Position numbers and translations under genes: made by a program. 64,000 nucleotides of DNA from Schizochytrium sp. TIO01 (taxonomy: Eukaryota; Protista; Bigyra: Labyrinthulomycetes), in contig SMSO01000034.1 in the NCBI GenBank assembly GCA_004764695.1, positions 1,612,001 through 1,676,000 on the forward strand. The letters run 5' to 3'. Position 1 is the stretch's first letter. Every line of letters begins with the position of its first letter. The notes under the pieces are model-generated. The model was not told the DNA's origin. It saw nothing but the letters and a program-made list of their open reading frames with translations, and made no database searches. Positions 20,875 through 32,880 of the stretch are shown piece by piece.

Positions 20875-21512
20875 GGAGGAAATGTGAAAGAAGAAAAGAA
20901 GAAAAGTCCTACTACGATTAGGCCTACTATGGGAAAAAGTTTAGTTCCAGGTGTTCTATCGTTCTGTTCTGGAGGTGTTCCGATGGAAAGGCCCCTCCCC
21001 TGAGAAATATCATCTTTGCTAATGAGAGGAAGTAGATTGCAAACTCGTCTCTTTAAACTAGGAAGAAAACTCAAGCTAAAACAACAGTGATACGTTTCTA
21101 ATTGATGGACCTGTCATTGACTCAATCGTCGATTCCCTTCGCGTTCAGTCTTTGAACTTGTGTGAAGGTCTCAGTCCCGGAAAAGTGGACCTCAGCTTCT
21201 CTCAGATATGACCCAATTTGGGTTGTGCACATCTTCCCTTTTAGTAAAGAGGACTCGGAGGGAGGTGGACAGATTTTAAATTAAAAGATTGATAGTCTGT
21301 GTAGGAAGCGGAGGTAAGGTTGTGGAGATGAAATCTTTGTAGAGACGACCGTGCAGAAACGAAATCCACGAGCTGGGAGCACCAAAGCTCAAGCTAGGAT
21401 CGGCGAGCAACAAAAGGCTAGAACTTCGTCGCAGGGAGGCGAGGCTTGCGACGGGAGGAGGGTAAGGCCCCTCAGCTTAGTTTTACGTGATCGGATTCGA
21501 GGTGGCAGAAAA

Positions 21513-24470
21513 ATGTCTCGTTTCGTGCGGCAATCGCAGCTGCGAAACCTTGCCGTGGACGGATATGGCGCCGATGCCAAGTTCACGGAGCTTCAAACTG
21601 GAGACGTTCCGACGCACGGGAACTTGATCTCTGCGTCCCCCAAATACGTTGCATTTGTGGCTTCCGGAAATAGCGCAAGTTCTGTGAGCGTGGTGGATGT
21701 CACTTCGCCAGGCAAATACCATGGACTCAACTCAAGTTCGTGTCAGCAAGGGTCGATTTATGACCTCGAATTTGCGCCTCATGGTTTGAATATTTTAGCC
21801 TCAGGTGCTGGTAATGGATCTGTTGCGCTTTGGAGTGCCTCCGGTTCCGGGAGGGACGTAAATATTGAGTCTGTTGGAATGCTGGGAGCCACCAATGGAG
21901 CTCGGGCTCAGGCTGTTCGTTGGCACCCGTCAGCAGATGGCGTGATTTCAGTTCTCCGAGGCAGCGACCTTGAAATTTGGGATTCCTCATCCACAAGTCG
22001 CCCGTTGTACTCGACGGCTATGGGTTGTGCAGGCAAGGCTAAAGCACTCGACGCGGCGTGGTCGCCTTCAGGTAACATGATTGCTTCCCTAAATGATGAC
22101 AAGTCGTTGCAGATCATGGACCCTCGACAGGATAAGGGCGTTGCAGCCGTTGAAAAAGCTCACATGGGCCCCCGGTCTCTTGGACGCATCATTAATGGAG
22201 GAGTCAGCGGCCACCATGATCTTGAACACTTGTTCTACTCCACGGGCTTCAACATGACCCGCGATCGAGAGCTTGCCGTATGGGATGCTCGCAAAATGGA
22301 TAGCTGCGTTGTTCGTCACAAGGTTGCTAGTGGAGGCACTGGAGTTCTCATACCGATCATGTCCCCAGATCTAAAGATTCTTTTCATCGTTGGCAAAGGT
22401 GAGACCTCTGTGCGTGCCTATGAAGCAAGTAACGCAAGTCCCTTTGTATATAGCCTCTCGCAAAACACCACATCGTCTGATCCGCTGCTGGGCATAACCT
22501 CCTTACCCCCATCTTCATGTGACATTATGGGGTGCGAAGTCACGAGGCTGTTAAAGCTTGCTCCCTCTTCCATTGAGCCTATTCGCGTTGAAGTGCCGCG
22601 GCGCAAGAAATCCTTCTTCCACGATGATCTCTTCCCAGATACAGCTGATCTTACCAAACCTGCTATGTCTGCAAATGAATGGTGGGAAGGTGGCCAGGAT
22701 GCGTCACAACCACTTGTACCGGTGCGGGACTTGCGGTCTGAACTTGGTCTCGGGAGCGAAAAGGTCATGGATGAGCGTAGCGACCTTGCCGCAGTAGGCT
22801 CTATTCTTGCCAACCAAGAGCTTGCTGCTGAGGATAAACGTCAACAAGAAGAAGCTATTGCCGCTGTTGAGGCGGCTGATGCAGAAGCAGAAAATGCAGC
22901 ATACCAGGAAACTGATCTGGATAAGCGCATGAGCTTGCGTAGAGGCTATGTGCCTAAGTTCAAGTTTGCCAAGGGAACGCAGGCAAAACGCGAGGAAACT
23001 GTATACAATCTTACAGTGGGCCCGCAGCCATGCGTTAGCGTTGGTGCTCAACGTTTTGCGGTGCCTTGGCAAGGCGGAGGTGGACCCGTTCATGTAGGCA
23101 ACCTTAAGGATGTTGGTAAGATCAACGCTCCAGAAAGGGCGCCTGTGATTAACGGGCACTCGAAACCGGTCTTCTGCCTTGATTTTGCACCCACTGATCC
23201 ATCTGATCGCACACTCGCCACAGGTTCTGATGATTGCAACATTCGCGTTTGGCGACTGCCCGAGGACAATGGAGCTCTAGAGACAGATAGCACCTCCGAA
23301 GCTCTCAAAGGTCACCAGTCTTCTGTGCGCCAGGTTCTCTTCCACCCAGCGGTCAGCAACATTTTAGCCTCCGGATCACAGGATTCAACTGTGCGGTTAT
23401 GGGACGTAAACAAAGCAGCATGTGTTGAGCTCGCACATCGCGGCGATGAGATGATCACATCTCTTGTGTGGAATTATCCCGGAAGCCTTCTTGCTATGAT
23501 TGATCGTGCCAACTGCTTGCGGATTTCTGATCCGCGTGTGGGTCATGATAGTGCCAATCCATTTACAATTGATAAGGTTCATGCAGGCGCAAAGCCCTGC
23601 TTCGTTACTTGGCTTGGTGACTCTCCTTACGTGCTTACATCAGGATGTGCTCGCATGGGTTACCGAGAGTTCTCTATTTGGGATGCTCGTAAAGCTGGTG
23701 CAAGGGCTTTGCATACCACCAAGGTCAATAATGGCGCAACATCTTTGGAGCCACTTTACGTTGAAGATAATGGTGTTGTGATCTTTACTTCCCGTGGTGA
23801 AAATACTTTCCATATCTACGAGATTGAGACCTTGACTCGGGCTGCTGTCAAGCCAGAGCATTGCGGAAGCGACCCCCTCAAACCTCACCCATGTCAAGAA
23901 TTCCTGGCCCGCGGCGAACCAACAACAGCCATTGCCCTTGCTCCACGTCGTGTATGCGACACATCTAGTGCGGAGTGGGCAAAGGTGCTCCGCCTAACAC
24001 CGAGTGCATTGGAGCCTGTATCATTTACTGTTCCTCGTGCTACTGGTTTAGTGGAGTATTTTGCAGATGATATTTACTCTGATGCACGGAAGGGGGTAGC
24101 TGCCTCGGACGATCCTGATGCCTGGCTTGGTGGCAAAAACTTTGACCCTGTATTGGTTTCTCTTAACTCATCAGATGCTCCTTGCATTTCGGAACGTGAC
24201 CCGAATATCGCTCGTCAGTCACTTAAGAGGGCTCAGGACAATACTCGTCGTTTCCGTGCGGAGAAGGAAGCGGAGGAAGCCCGTCAAAAGGCGCAGCATG
24301 ATGTGTTCGCGCGCATGCAGTTTCTTGCTGTGCAACACGAGGCTTATAACCCAAATCTTTCAGGTGGAGAAGCTGCTGTACCCAAGTCTATTGCTCGCTC
24401 TCTTGGAGTACGCGTTGATGAGGAGCACATTGATACTGGTGATGTCGCTGATGAGGAGTGGGATGATTGA
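21513..24470 (+). CDS. CORO7: Tandem coronin (coronin-7/POD-1 type)
   Basis: ATG at 21513 gives the coronin N-terminal signature MSRFVRQSQLRNL. Two WD40 coronin units (second begins PKFKFAKG...AVPWQGGGG), VPRRKKSFFHDDLFPDT and VPR..YFADDIY motifs, acidic C-terminal DEEWDD. Confidence 0.92.
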   Translation: MSRFVRQSQLRNLAVDGYGADAKFTELQTGDVPTHGNLISASPKYVAFVASGNSASSVSVVDVTSPGKYHGLNSSSCQQGSIYDLEFAPHGLNILASGAGNGSVALWSASGSGRDVNIESVGMLGATNGARAQAVRWHPSADGVISVLRGSDLEIWDSSSTSRPLYSTAMGCAGKAKALDAAWSPSGNMIASLNDDKSLQIMDPRQDKGVAAVEKAHMGPRSLGRIINGGVSGHHDLEHLFYSTGFNMTRDRELAVWDARKMDSCVVRHKVASGGTGVLIPIMSPDLKILFIVGKGETSVRAYEASNASPFVYSLSQNTTSSDPLLGITSLPPSSCDIMGCEVTRLLKLAPSSIEPIRVEVPRRKKSFFHDDLFPDTADLTKPAMSANEWWEGGQDASQPLVPVRDLRSELGLGSEKVMDERSDLAAVGSILANQELAAEDKRQQEEAIAAVEAADAEAENAAYQETDLDKRMSLRRGYVPKFKFAKGTQAKREETVYNLTVGPQPCVSVGAQRFAVPWQGGGGPVHVGNLKDVGKINAPERAPVINGHSKPVFCLDFAPTDPSDRTLATGSDDCNIRVWRLPEDNGALETDSTSEALKGHQSSVRQVLFHPAVSNILASGSQDSTVRLWDVNKAACVELAHRGDEMITSLVWNYPGSLLAMIDRANCLRISDPRVGHDSANPFTIDKVHAGAKPCFVTWLGDSPYVLTSGCARMGYREFSIWDARKAGARALHTTKVNNGATSLEPLYVEDNGVVIFTSRGENTFHIYEIETLTRAAVKPEHCGSDPLKPHPCQEFLARGEPTTAIALAPRRVCDTSSAEWAKVLRLTPSALEPVSFTVPRATGLVEYFADDIYSDARKGVAASDDPDAWLGGKNFDPVLVSLNSSDAPCISERDPNIARQSLKRAQDNTRRFRAEKEAEEARQKAQHDVFARMQFLAVQHEAYNPNLSGGEAAVPKSIARSLGVRVDEEHIDTGDVADEEWDD

Positions 24471-25427
24471 TTAACGAAACCTTGTTCTTTAGGTTTATAG
24501 TGTCAACTGAAGATTTACTGACAATGTTTATGATACGAATTGACTTTCCCCAGATACACTCATCAATTCTGGCTTCTACTAAAATTCCAGCAAGAAAGAA
24601 TATTTACTAGAAAATAAAAATCAAGTTTGTTTTTGTTTTGCGTGTTTCAATCCAAACATGGATGATCCAGACACTGAATGGCAGTTAATCAGAAGACACA
24701 GATGAGATTTCGTTAGCTCTTGCTTAGAAGTCAACGGTAGGGGTAGTCAACAAGAAGCCACAATATGGACAAAGCAGGGACTCGAGCCTACAAACAACAA
24801 TGTTGTGAGCAATGGTTTCAAAAGAGTTAACAAAGTGTTGCAGATGTTATTATTATGATATTAAAAAGTTTTAGCTCTAAAAAATTAAACATATGAAAAT
24901 TTCATCAATACTTGCATCATGCAGTTCAGAAACTTTCCAAATGTCGCGTAGAGCACGATTATGCAAGGTTTGTAAATTGTGAAATTGTTTCCTTAATGCT
25001 GTTGTTGTCGTCGTCTTCATGTTGTTTGAAGGTTTCATTTCCACTCAGCAATAAGTAAGGTGAGTTGTAAATCTCCCCCTTAGCCAGGAAGGGATTATTG
25101 GCAATGTATGTGCTCACTTGACCTGATCAGAAGTAAACTGTGTTCATATTTAAAGACCAGAAGAGGGGCTAAAAGTTACCACTACGGAAATATAAAAGAA
25201 AGGCCTTGAATAGTGCACTTCACCAACTGAAGGGTGCTACCCTAGGTTTTCTAAAGCTAGTGAAAACTTCCTCGTCATTCACCTCGTCCGGTGCAAGAAA
25301 TTCCTCCTAACTTTTTGCTGTGAATTTATAAACATGGAATCAAGAGTCAGACGAGTAAGCAGCGGGCGCCCATAAGGATAGATACGTGCTACAGAGTAAT
25401 CAAGATCTACACACCCGCCTGTTTAAT

Positions 25428-27791
25428 TTAAAAGCGGAAGAAGAGGCAATACCAGTTCTCACGGAGAACGGCACGGTGTAAGCTGTCCTTCTCCGCACGC
25501 ATAGCAGGAATGAAGTCATCATACATGGTGGTGCGGTGGATTGTAAGCATACGGCGAATGCCAGCATCCGTAGCAACAAAGGCCTCGGGAGCCATGAAGG
25601 GGCATGATCCCTGACGAGTGGACTTGGGAAAGAGTTTCTTAGCCGCATCACGGCCCTTAATGCCCTTGGAGCCAAAGGAAAGGCCATCAGAACGCAATGG
25701 CAGAGCGTGGAGAAGGTTAGACTCCTTGCTGCTGAGTTGCGAGAATTTACGTGCAAGGGTCCAAGTGTTAGCATTCGTGGGCATCACAGCAGAACGAATG
25801 TCGTTCTTAAAGACAGCAGGCTGGGAAGCACGCGTGCGCTCAGATGCAAAGAGGTTGGCAGCCTGGAGCTCGAGAGCCTTGGGAATGTTCTTGCTAACCT
25901 CGGGTGCAAGTTCAGCATCAAGGAAGACGTTAGCATCACCAAAAGCAAAGGAGTGAGCAGAAAAGTGCTCAAGCCAGTTAAGCTCGACATCGTTATCGGA
26001 TGCCACGTTACGAATGTGAAGACCCTTTCCAAGGCGCGTATCGAGGTAGCAGTGAGCCGCAGAGAGGGCCTCGCGCACCTGAACATCGATAACGCCATCA
26101 CGCTGACGGTCCATGTTGTAAAAGAACAGCACGTTCTTAATAGTAGTCTTGCCAATACGACTCCAGGAGCTAAGACGGCAGATGTCACCAAGCCACTTAA
26201 AGTCAGTCATGCCACGGCGCACAGTAATAACGTAGTGCACAACCATTTCGTCCTCACGAGGGATGACAGCCTCGGCAAGAGCAGAGTCAAGCTTCTTGCG
26301 TCCCTCGAGCTTTACATAAAGATCGAGCGCATTTTGAATAGCGTCATCCATGTTGAAGTACTTGTAGTTAGCGAGACGACCAACGAAGTGAACGTTATTG
26401 GCGGCTTCCTCTTTCTTGGCAAGCTCACGGTATTGCTCAAAGTGACGCTCGTTCTCCTTGGTGGGGAACGGGTAGTATGGCTCAGCATCATCAACGATAT
26501 CGGTGGAGTACTCGCGAATGAGCACAGAAGACTGGGAGTCCTGGTGGTACATGTGCTTGTACTCGGCAGTACGCGTGTGGTTACCGTCTCTGAATTGAGG
26601 AAAATTGACCACGAAAGCAGGCTGGCTCACACTGGGCTCATCGCGAACGATAGTCTCGAATTTGATGGAGCGATACTGGAGCGGCTTAAGAGTGGATCCT
26701 TTGTTACGGAAGAACTGATCAATCTGACCGGTGAAGAAAGTCTTCTCAAACTTGAGCTTGGCAAATCCCTGAAGCTTGAGCGATGCAAAGTAGTCGGTGC
26801 TTGTGAAGACACGAATATTGGGGTGATTGAGAGCTTCCTCAAACCACTTTGTGTATCCATCAGCCGGCAGCGCTTGGTGTTTATCATTGGGAAAGTACCT
26901 ATCATCCCAGTCGTTCCGCACGGGAATTCGTGACAGGACCACAGGTCCAAGTTGCTCGGGATAAACATTCCACTGTTTCTTGGTGTATTCATGAAAGAGC
27001 TTGTAGTAGAGTCGTTCTCCAACGCGTCCCATACCGACCTCGCGAGAGTCCTTTGCGCTGTCAACGTCGATCTCACCAACGGGGCTGTTGGCGCGTTCGT
27101 TGTGGAGCCAGGTGTCCATATCAGCCTCGCTGTGGATGTCCTCCTTGAGCAATGCGTTCACAGTATCGATGTTGACAGGAATGGGGATGAGCTTGCCGTC
27201 AACGCGGCCAACTACACGGTGCTCGTAAGTGGTCCATTCTGAGAATCGGTGAACATACTTCCACACATCCTCCTTGCCGGTATGGAAAAGGTGAGCTCCA
27301 TAGAGGTTGACGAGAATGTCAGTTTGGTCCTCGCGGAAGTCGAAGCAGTTGCCACCGATGTGAGGGCGGCGTTCAATGATGAGGACCTTTTTGTTGTGCT
27401 TGCGAGCGTACAGGTCAGCAAGCACAGTGCCAGAGAGACCTGCGCCAATAATAAGGATATCGTACTGGTCGAGCTCGCTAAGGTGCATTGAAAGCACATT
27501 GGAGAAGTGCTCACTGGCCAAATCCACGGTACCTTCCTTTGGCGACTGCTTACGTGGAGAGAACGGCACAACCTGAGGCTCTGATGTTTGAGAGGTCCCA
27601 AGGCGATCGTTGCTGGCCTCTTCGTTGAAGAAAGCCGCATTGAAGGAATTTGCACTACCCTCCATGGTGTTCTTGCAGCCGGAGATGAGCTCGAGTTGGC
27701 TCATTTCAACCAAGAGGAAGGAAAAGCCGAAAAGGAGCATGAGGACCAGCACCACACGGGGCTGGGCTATGTCTCCAATCATGGCAATCAT
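25428..27791 (-). CDS. glf: UDP-galactopyranose mutase (bacterial Glf-like) with an N-terminal signal anchor and a DUF3431-like C-terminal domain
   Basis: GAGLSG FAD motif, IGGNCFD, YGAHLFHT, YTKKQW, RIPVR...DRYF, EPYYP, GRLANYKYFNMD. Hydrophobic residues ~13-30. About 290 extra C-terminal residues. Confidence 0.9.
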   Translation of the reverse strand: MIAMIGDIAQPRVVLVLMLLFGFSFLLVEMSQLELISGCKNTMEGSANSFNAAFFNEEASNDRLGTSQTSEPQVVPFSPRKQSPKEGTVDLASEHFSNVLSMHLSELDQYDILIIGAGLSGTVLADLYARKHNKKVLIIERRPHIGGNCFDFREDQTDILVNLYGAHLFHTGKEDVWKYVHRFSEWTTYEHRVVGRVDGKLIPIPVNIDTVNALLKEDIHSEADMDTWLHNERANSPVGEIDVDSAKDSREVGMGRVGERLYYKLFHEYTKKQWNVYPEQLGPVVLSRIPVRNDWDDRYFPNDKHQALPADGYTKWFEEALNHPNIRVFTSTDYFASLKLQGFAKLKFEKTFFTGQIDQFFRNKGSTLKPLQYRSIKFETIVRDEPSVSQPAFVVNFPQFRDGNHTRTAEYKHMYHQDSQSSVLIREYSTDIVDDAEPYYPFPTKENERHFEQYRELAKKEEAANNVHFVGRLANYKYFNMDDAIQNALDLYVKLEGRKKLDSALAEAVIPREDEMVVHYVITVRRGMTDFKWLGDICRLSSWSRIGKTTIKNVLFFYNMDRQRDGVIDVQVREALSAAHCYLDTRLGKGLHIRNVASDNDVELNWLEHFSAHSFAFGDANVFLDAELAPEVSKNIPKALELQAANLFASERTRASQPAVFKNDIRSAVMPTNANTWTLARKFSQLSSKESNLLHALPLRSDGLSFGSKGIKGRDAAKKLFPKSTRQGSCPFMAPEAFVATDAGIRRMLTIHRTTMYDDFIPAMRAEKDSLHRAVLRENWYCLFFRF

Positions 27792-27810
27792 CGTGGAACT
27801 GCCTCTGGCT

Positions 27811-28548
27811 CTGTGATTCTTTGTTTTAGTTCGGTTTAGTCACGAGATTTTAAAGGGCAGACAAGTTGAGAAATTGCTCACTACCTCCAGCGAGCAATTG
27901 ACTACGCGTGGCGCAAGGCAAAGATTGAGTGAATGCCAAGTCACGTGGCAGAATTGATGATACACGCACAAATACAATTGAAGGGTCAGCCAACAAGATC
28001 ACAGCAGGAATAGTGCTAACGACAATTTGAAAATCTGCAACGACAAAATATATCCTCTCATGGACAACTCCACAAACCGTTCAATCAATCGATCAGCCGC
28101 AGCAGAACTATCAGAGCAAGCAGATTCCAACGTTTTGAAAACCAGTTGGATGCGTGAGTAAGCACCATTGGAACTTCGCAGTCGCTTGAAAATTGCAAGT
28201 ATCAGTACATGTTGCGGCCAACCGCCAACGTTGGAATTCGACCAGCACCGCGTTGACGCGGAAGCGAGCCTCTGGAGAGGACTTTGTAGTGGTGATTGGA
28301 TCGTGCATCCCAATCCACCCCTTGCTTCCTCGAGGTCCTTCTTCAGCGATTGATCGTGAGGAGGTGGATAGTTGAATATGGAGAGACAGACAGACAGACA
28401 CGGCCACCGAGATGATATCTATCATCTCGCCGAGTACAGCGGATGGCGCAGGACTCGTTGCAGGCATGCATGCGCCTGTGCTCCCCGGCGGCTCTGTCCG
28501 GCGCCGCTGTCGTCTGCGCCCGCGGTCGTGCCGTTCCGCATCACTTAC
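27811..28548 (-). other. Probable spliceosomal intron in the 5' UTR of the UGM gene
   Basis: Minus-strand donor GAG|GTAAGT at 28548; branch-like GACTAAA/AACTAAA and acceptor TCACAG| ending at 27811, 19 nt before the ATG. Confidence 0.65.
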
Positions 28549-28889
28549 CTCGTCTTCGTCCTTGACCTCGAACGGGTTCTACTTCTCCACCTCGCCGAGT
28601 TTCACTTCTTTGGAGAAGTTCTTCCTCTTCTTTTCTCTCTGTTCTTCTTTTGGAGCCCGGAAACGCTCAACAGTTTATTGGGCACAAGAGAAGCGCAGTG
28701 AGCGAGCGGGGGAGAGAGGGCACGGGGCGGGGCGGGGCGGGGCGGCTCTGGCCAACGGATCGGTTGCCCGGCTACCTGCAGCCGAGCAGTCGATCGACCG
28801 CTTGATCGGCAGGCGAACTCACTCGATTTTGATTCAAGCTCCGTGGATTTTGGACGAGAATCTTTCGCTCTTCATTTGGTCGTTCATTC

Positions 28890-29105
28890 AATTATTAATT
28901 AATTAATTAATTATTTTATTTATTTATTTATTTCTTAATTTATTGTTCTAATTTTTAAAAGGACAAAGGGAAAAGTAATAACAGCAGCAACAGCGATAAT
29001 GTAATGAAATAGTTGCAGATTGGTACAGGTAGTCAGTAAACAATCAAACTATCAATCAAACAAACAAGCAAATGAACGAGCGAATGAATGAATGAATGAA
29101 TGATC
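28890..29105. repeat. Low-complexity block with (TTAA)n, (TTTA)n, (AAAC)n and (TGAA)n microsatellites
   Basis: Directly visible tandem tetramers. Confidence 0.85.
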
Positions 29106-29744
29106 GATGTGAATCGATATGAAGTTTACTTCCTCATCACTCCTTCAACTATACTGGAATTATTTGATACTTGAAAAAAGAAAAAGAAAAAATGAAAGCA
29201 GCAAATTAGCTTATAAAAAAGCACTACGAAAACTCGAAGACCGCGCTGGCTGGCTGGCTGGCTGCTGCTGACCGTGCCTGAGGCCGAGGGTTCGAGCTTG
29301 TTATGGGTTTCTGGGACCCATGCAGATTTTGGCCTTGGTTTGGCCAATTGGTTCCCTCCCGATGACAAACGCATCAAAGAAGCACTCCAGAATTGCAAAA
29401 CTAATCTCCATTCGCTCCCCAAAATCAAAATAACTCTGTCTAACAAAATTGAGAGGACTTTATGAAGAATAGGAATTAACCAAAGCCTTTCTTCCCCTTC
29501 TCTTTCTAGTAAACAAATGTTATTATTATTTGGAGAAACTAAAACTAAAACTTGAGAGAAGAAGTAGAAGAAGAAGAAGAAGAGGAATAAGAGCAAGAGC
29601 GAGCAAGAGTAAGAGTAAGAAAAAGCTGTTTGGCATGATCTTCTAAAACAAAGGAAAGAACAGGGACTTGAGAAAAAGGGCTCCTCCTTTATTTTCTTCG
29701 CTTTCGTTCCTTCATTTGTTTAAAATTGTTTGTTTGGTTAAAAT

Positions 29745-29776
29745 TGTTTGTTTGTTTGTTTGTTTGTTTGTTTGTT
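29745..29776. repeat. (TTTG)n microsatellite
   Basis: ttgtttgtttgtttg run. Confidence 0.95.
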
Positions 29777-29919
29777 ATCTGCGGTTGCCAGCCTGGACAC
29801 CTTCTGGCCGTGCGAGCTCTGTGAGAAAGCAAGCAATAAGTAAGTAAGTGAGCAACCTTCGCCACACTCAGCCAGCCTGCATGGGGGGTGATGGGCCCAG
29901 GCAAGAATCGCTCTGCCTG

Positions 29920-30200
29920 TTGCATTGCTTGCATTATGTTGCAATATTGCATTATCGCATTGCATTGCATTGCATTGCACTGCATTGCACTGCACTAATA
30001 TTGCATTGCATTGCATTGCACTGCATTGCACTGCACTAATATTGCATTGCACTAATATTGCACTGCATTAATATTGCATTGCACTAATATTAGAGATGCG
30101 TTGCATTAATATTGCATTGCATTAATATTGCACTGCATCAATATTGCACTGCATTAATATTGCACTGCATTAGAGATGCATTTAGAGATGTATTGCATGG
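29920..30200. repeat. (TGCAT/TGCAC)n pentamer satellite punctuated by TAATAT
   Basis: About 280 bp of tgcat/tgcac units with recurring taatat spacers. Confidence 0.95.
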
Positions 30201-31497
30201 CATGCCATAAATGTTGTGCCGCATTACAACTGTTTGTCTGTGCCACTTCGATCGTGACTGACGAGCATCTCTTGAGCGACCGCTGCGAAGACTTGCTGGC
30301 TAGGCTATGTATGTTTCGGGAAGAGCCTTGGACAGTTGAGATTCGAGATACTGGGTTGTTTCAAGAGTCGCTTCGTCTCGATGCTACAGAGGTTCGCCCG
30401 TTACAGTTGATTCCCGGAGCGCCATCTTGCGACCAGCTGGATGGATGGATGGATATACATACAGAGAAAGACCATGGACATGACTTGTTGGTTGATATGG
30501 CGCATCCATCACGAACGCAATGAGTGAACTCGTAGCTGCCAACAGTGAGTGAGTGAGTGAGTGTCATCGCATGCAATCCAAACCTGCAAAGCACTTGGCG
30601 CCCTTGAGCGTAGTTTCAGGCCGTTGCGTTCGCCATTTGCGTGGGCAGTCTTACGTGAAGTCCATTCATGAATTCCTGAAGTCCATTCGTGAATCTGAGA
30701 ATGCGAACAAGAGATCGCAGTTCGCAATCTCGGCCCCATTGCGTCAGACCAGAACCTGGCAAGGCAACGAATGCATGGGCGGCAACCGGAGTCAACGAAG
30801 GTCGGTCGAGCAAATGTCAACCTCCATGGCCTTGGATCTCATCATTTCTGCCACACCTGTCGCAAATGTATTCATCGGTAATCGCAGCGAATGGGAATCA
30901 GTAGGCTTCCCTTTCCGCTCTCAGGAGCCCGGGACCTTAAGGCCATTCATGGTGGGCTTCCCGGGCGGAGACTCTGCGCGAAGAAATGTGCGGCGCCAAC
31001 TTCGCCACGAGAGGAAGGAGTTCTCAGACAGTAGTCATTCATTCATTCATTCATTCATTCATTCGTCATTTGTCATTTGTCATTTGTGCGGAATGGACGC
31101 TCCCAGTTTGCATCATGAAAGTCTAAAATGGTCTCGCCACGAGCACGATGGCGATAAGGGCGGAGGAGGAAGGGCGGCGGGTGCTCTTGCTGCCGTGGAG
31201 GGAGCGAAGCACTGACTTGACAGTGGCAGTGAAGAATCCAGCTGCAGCAAGGGTGATCTTGGATACCTTCGCCTGCAGGACATCCAGGGCAGCCGAGGAA
31301 ATGTGAAGGCTGAGGTGTGCACACGTGTGTGCGCAACGCCAATCTTGAAGAGCTTGAAGTTCAACTTGCTCTGCGCAGTGGCAGCCACCCTCGCCGATGA
31401 GCATCGATGAGGGAGCGTGAGAACGTGTGCACAAATTAGAATTCTAAGTTGCACATTGAAATGGTGGCAGCCATTCCTGATTCCATATCTCATTGAT

Positions 31498-31545
31498 CAT
31501 TCATTTCATTTATTTCATTTATTTCATTTATTTCATTTATTTCAC
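31498..31545. repeat. (TTTATTTCA)n minisatellite
   Basis: About four copies of a 9-mer. Confidence 0.9.
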
Positions 31546-32804
31546 TGCTTATTATTGGCGTTCATGGTTTTGGGGCGATGGTTGCCGATGTTGTTATTTG
31601 AGCTCAACACGTTCTGAGAACCATTTCACGCGAGTAAGCACCTCAGTTGCGTTGAGCGCGTCGATCTTGGCTAGAAATGAGCCAATGAGAAGTCACGGTA
31701 GGTTGTAAACTGGGAGTTCGTGGATGTCACCAAAGCTTTATTTGGGTGTATATATTTATTTATTTATTTAAAAATAAAATAAAAACATTTTTAATTAAAA
31801 CATTAAGAATTAAGAATTAAATATTAAAAACTAAAAAAAACTAAAATAAATGTTTAAAATAATGAATATAACATCATGATAGGTACATATTTTTGGTTGT
31901 CGTTGCAACGTTTGTTAGAAAGGTTCATTTATTATTTTAACTTTCATGGCAGTGGTTCGACGAATCTAACTTCGCCCAAACTTGCTTATTCGTCACGTGT
32001 GCTCGGCAGTCTCAATTTATTTTATTGGGGCTGCTCTTTTGAAGACCCAAACCGGTGCAGCGGCTTCAGGTTTGCGTTTAGATCTCGAGCCATCCTGGCC
32101 GCAGGTTAAGCTGTCAAGATTTACATTCACGGTGCTTCAGGCTGTCTGTTTGTAGGCCAATTTGGGGCTCCAACCTGAAACCTCGATGCGAATCACACAT
32201 GTTCCAGGAGTTCTACTTGTGATAGTTAAAGTTGCAACTCGCCAAATGGTGGTGAACGGAAAACCACCTTCGATTAGAGGCGCCTCTCAGACCTTGGCGA
32301 TGGGCATGGACCATGATCCATGACGACCGTTATCTTCGAAAGAAGGCCTCGCCGCAAAGAAAGTCCCGGTCCCGAGATAAATAAGGCTGCAGCTTTGGAG
32401 CTAGCTCCCCGTGCGCTTTCGGATTTCGATTTATTCGTGACATTGTTGCTTAAATAATTAAGATTGAAGTTAATTAAAAAAGAATAACAGTCAGTTTTCA
32501 TGGGAGATTCTATAAAATACAATGGCCATGAACGAACGAACTGTGATGCACAAGTTTAGCGATCCTGGTTCTGGCATGACTCAGTATATCGCTTTCCAGC
32601 TCGCCTTCAAGGGCCGTGGAGCCTGTTTCCAAATCATCAAAACTCGTTTCGTCGCGAGCCAGAGCCAGAGTCAGAGTGAGAGGCGTGCTTGCCTCACGAG
32701 CGCGTCACAACCGTCCGTTCACGTTCACGGCGAGTCTGACTGAGCGCCGAGCACGTTGATCGTACGTTGTGAACTTAAAGACTTAATCTTTTAACTGATT
32801 GCCC

Positions 32805-32880
32805 AATCGATTGATGGAATAATCGATTGATGGAATAATCGATTGATGGAATAATTGATTGATTAATTAATTAATTAATT
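32805..32880. repeat. 16-bp tandem repeat (AATCGATTGATGGAAT) x3, then (TTAA)n
   Basis: Exact copies start at 32805, 32821 and 32837. Confidence 0.95.

Noticed and set aside
21351-21512. N-terminal extensions in the ORF track from GTG/TTG starts (coronin-7; likewise PET117, JmjC, RING-CH, PPR A, ATXN10)
   Set aside because: Eukaryotic context; family signatures or targeting peptides begin at the downstream ATG.
25707-26933. 408-aa plus-strand ORF, and similar long antisense ORFs such as 4575..5381 and 7164..7772
   Set aside because: Exact antisense shadows of codon-biased real genes, with no recognisable motifs.
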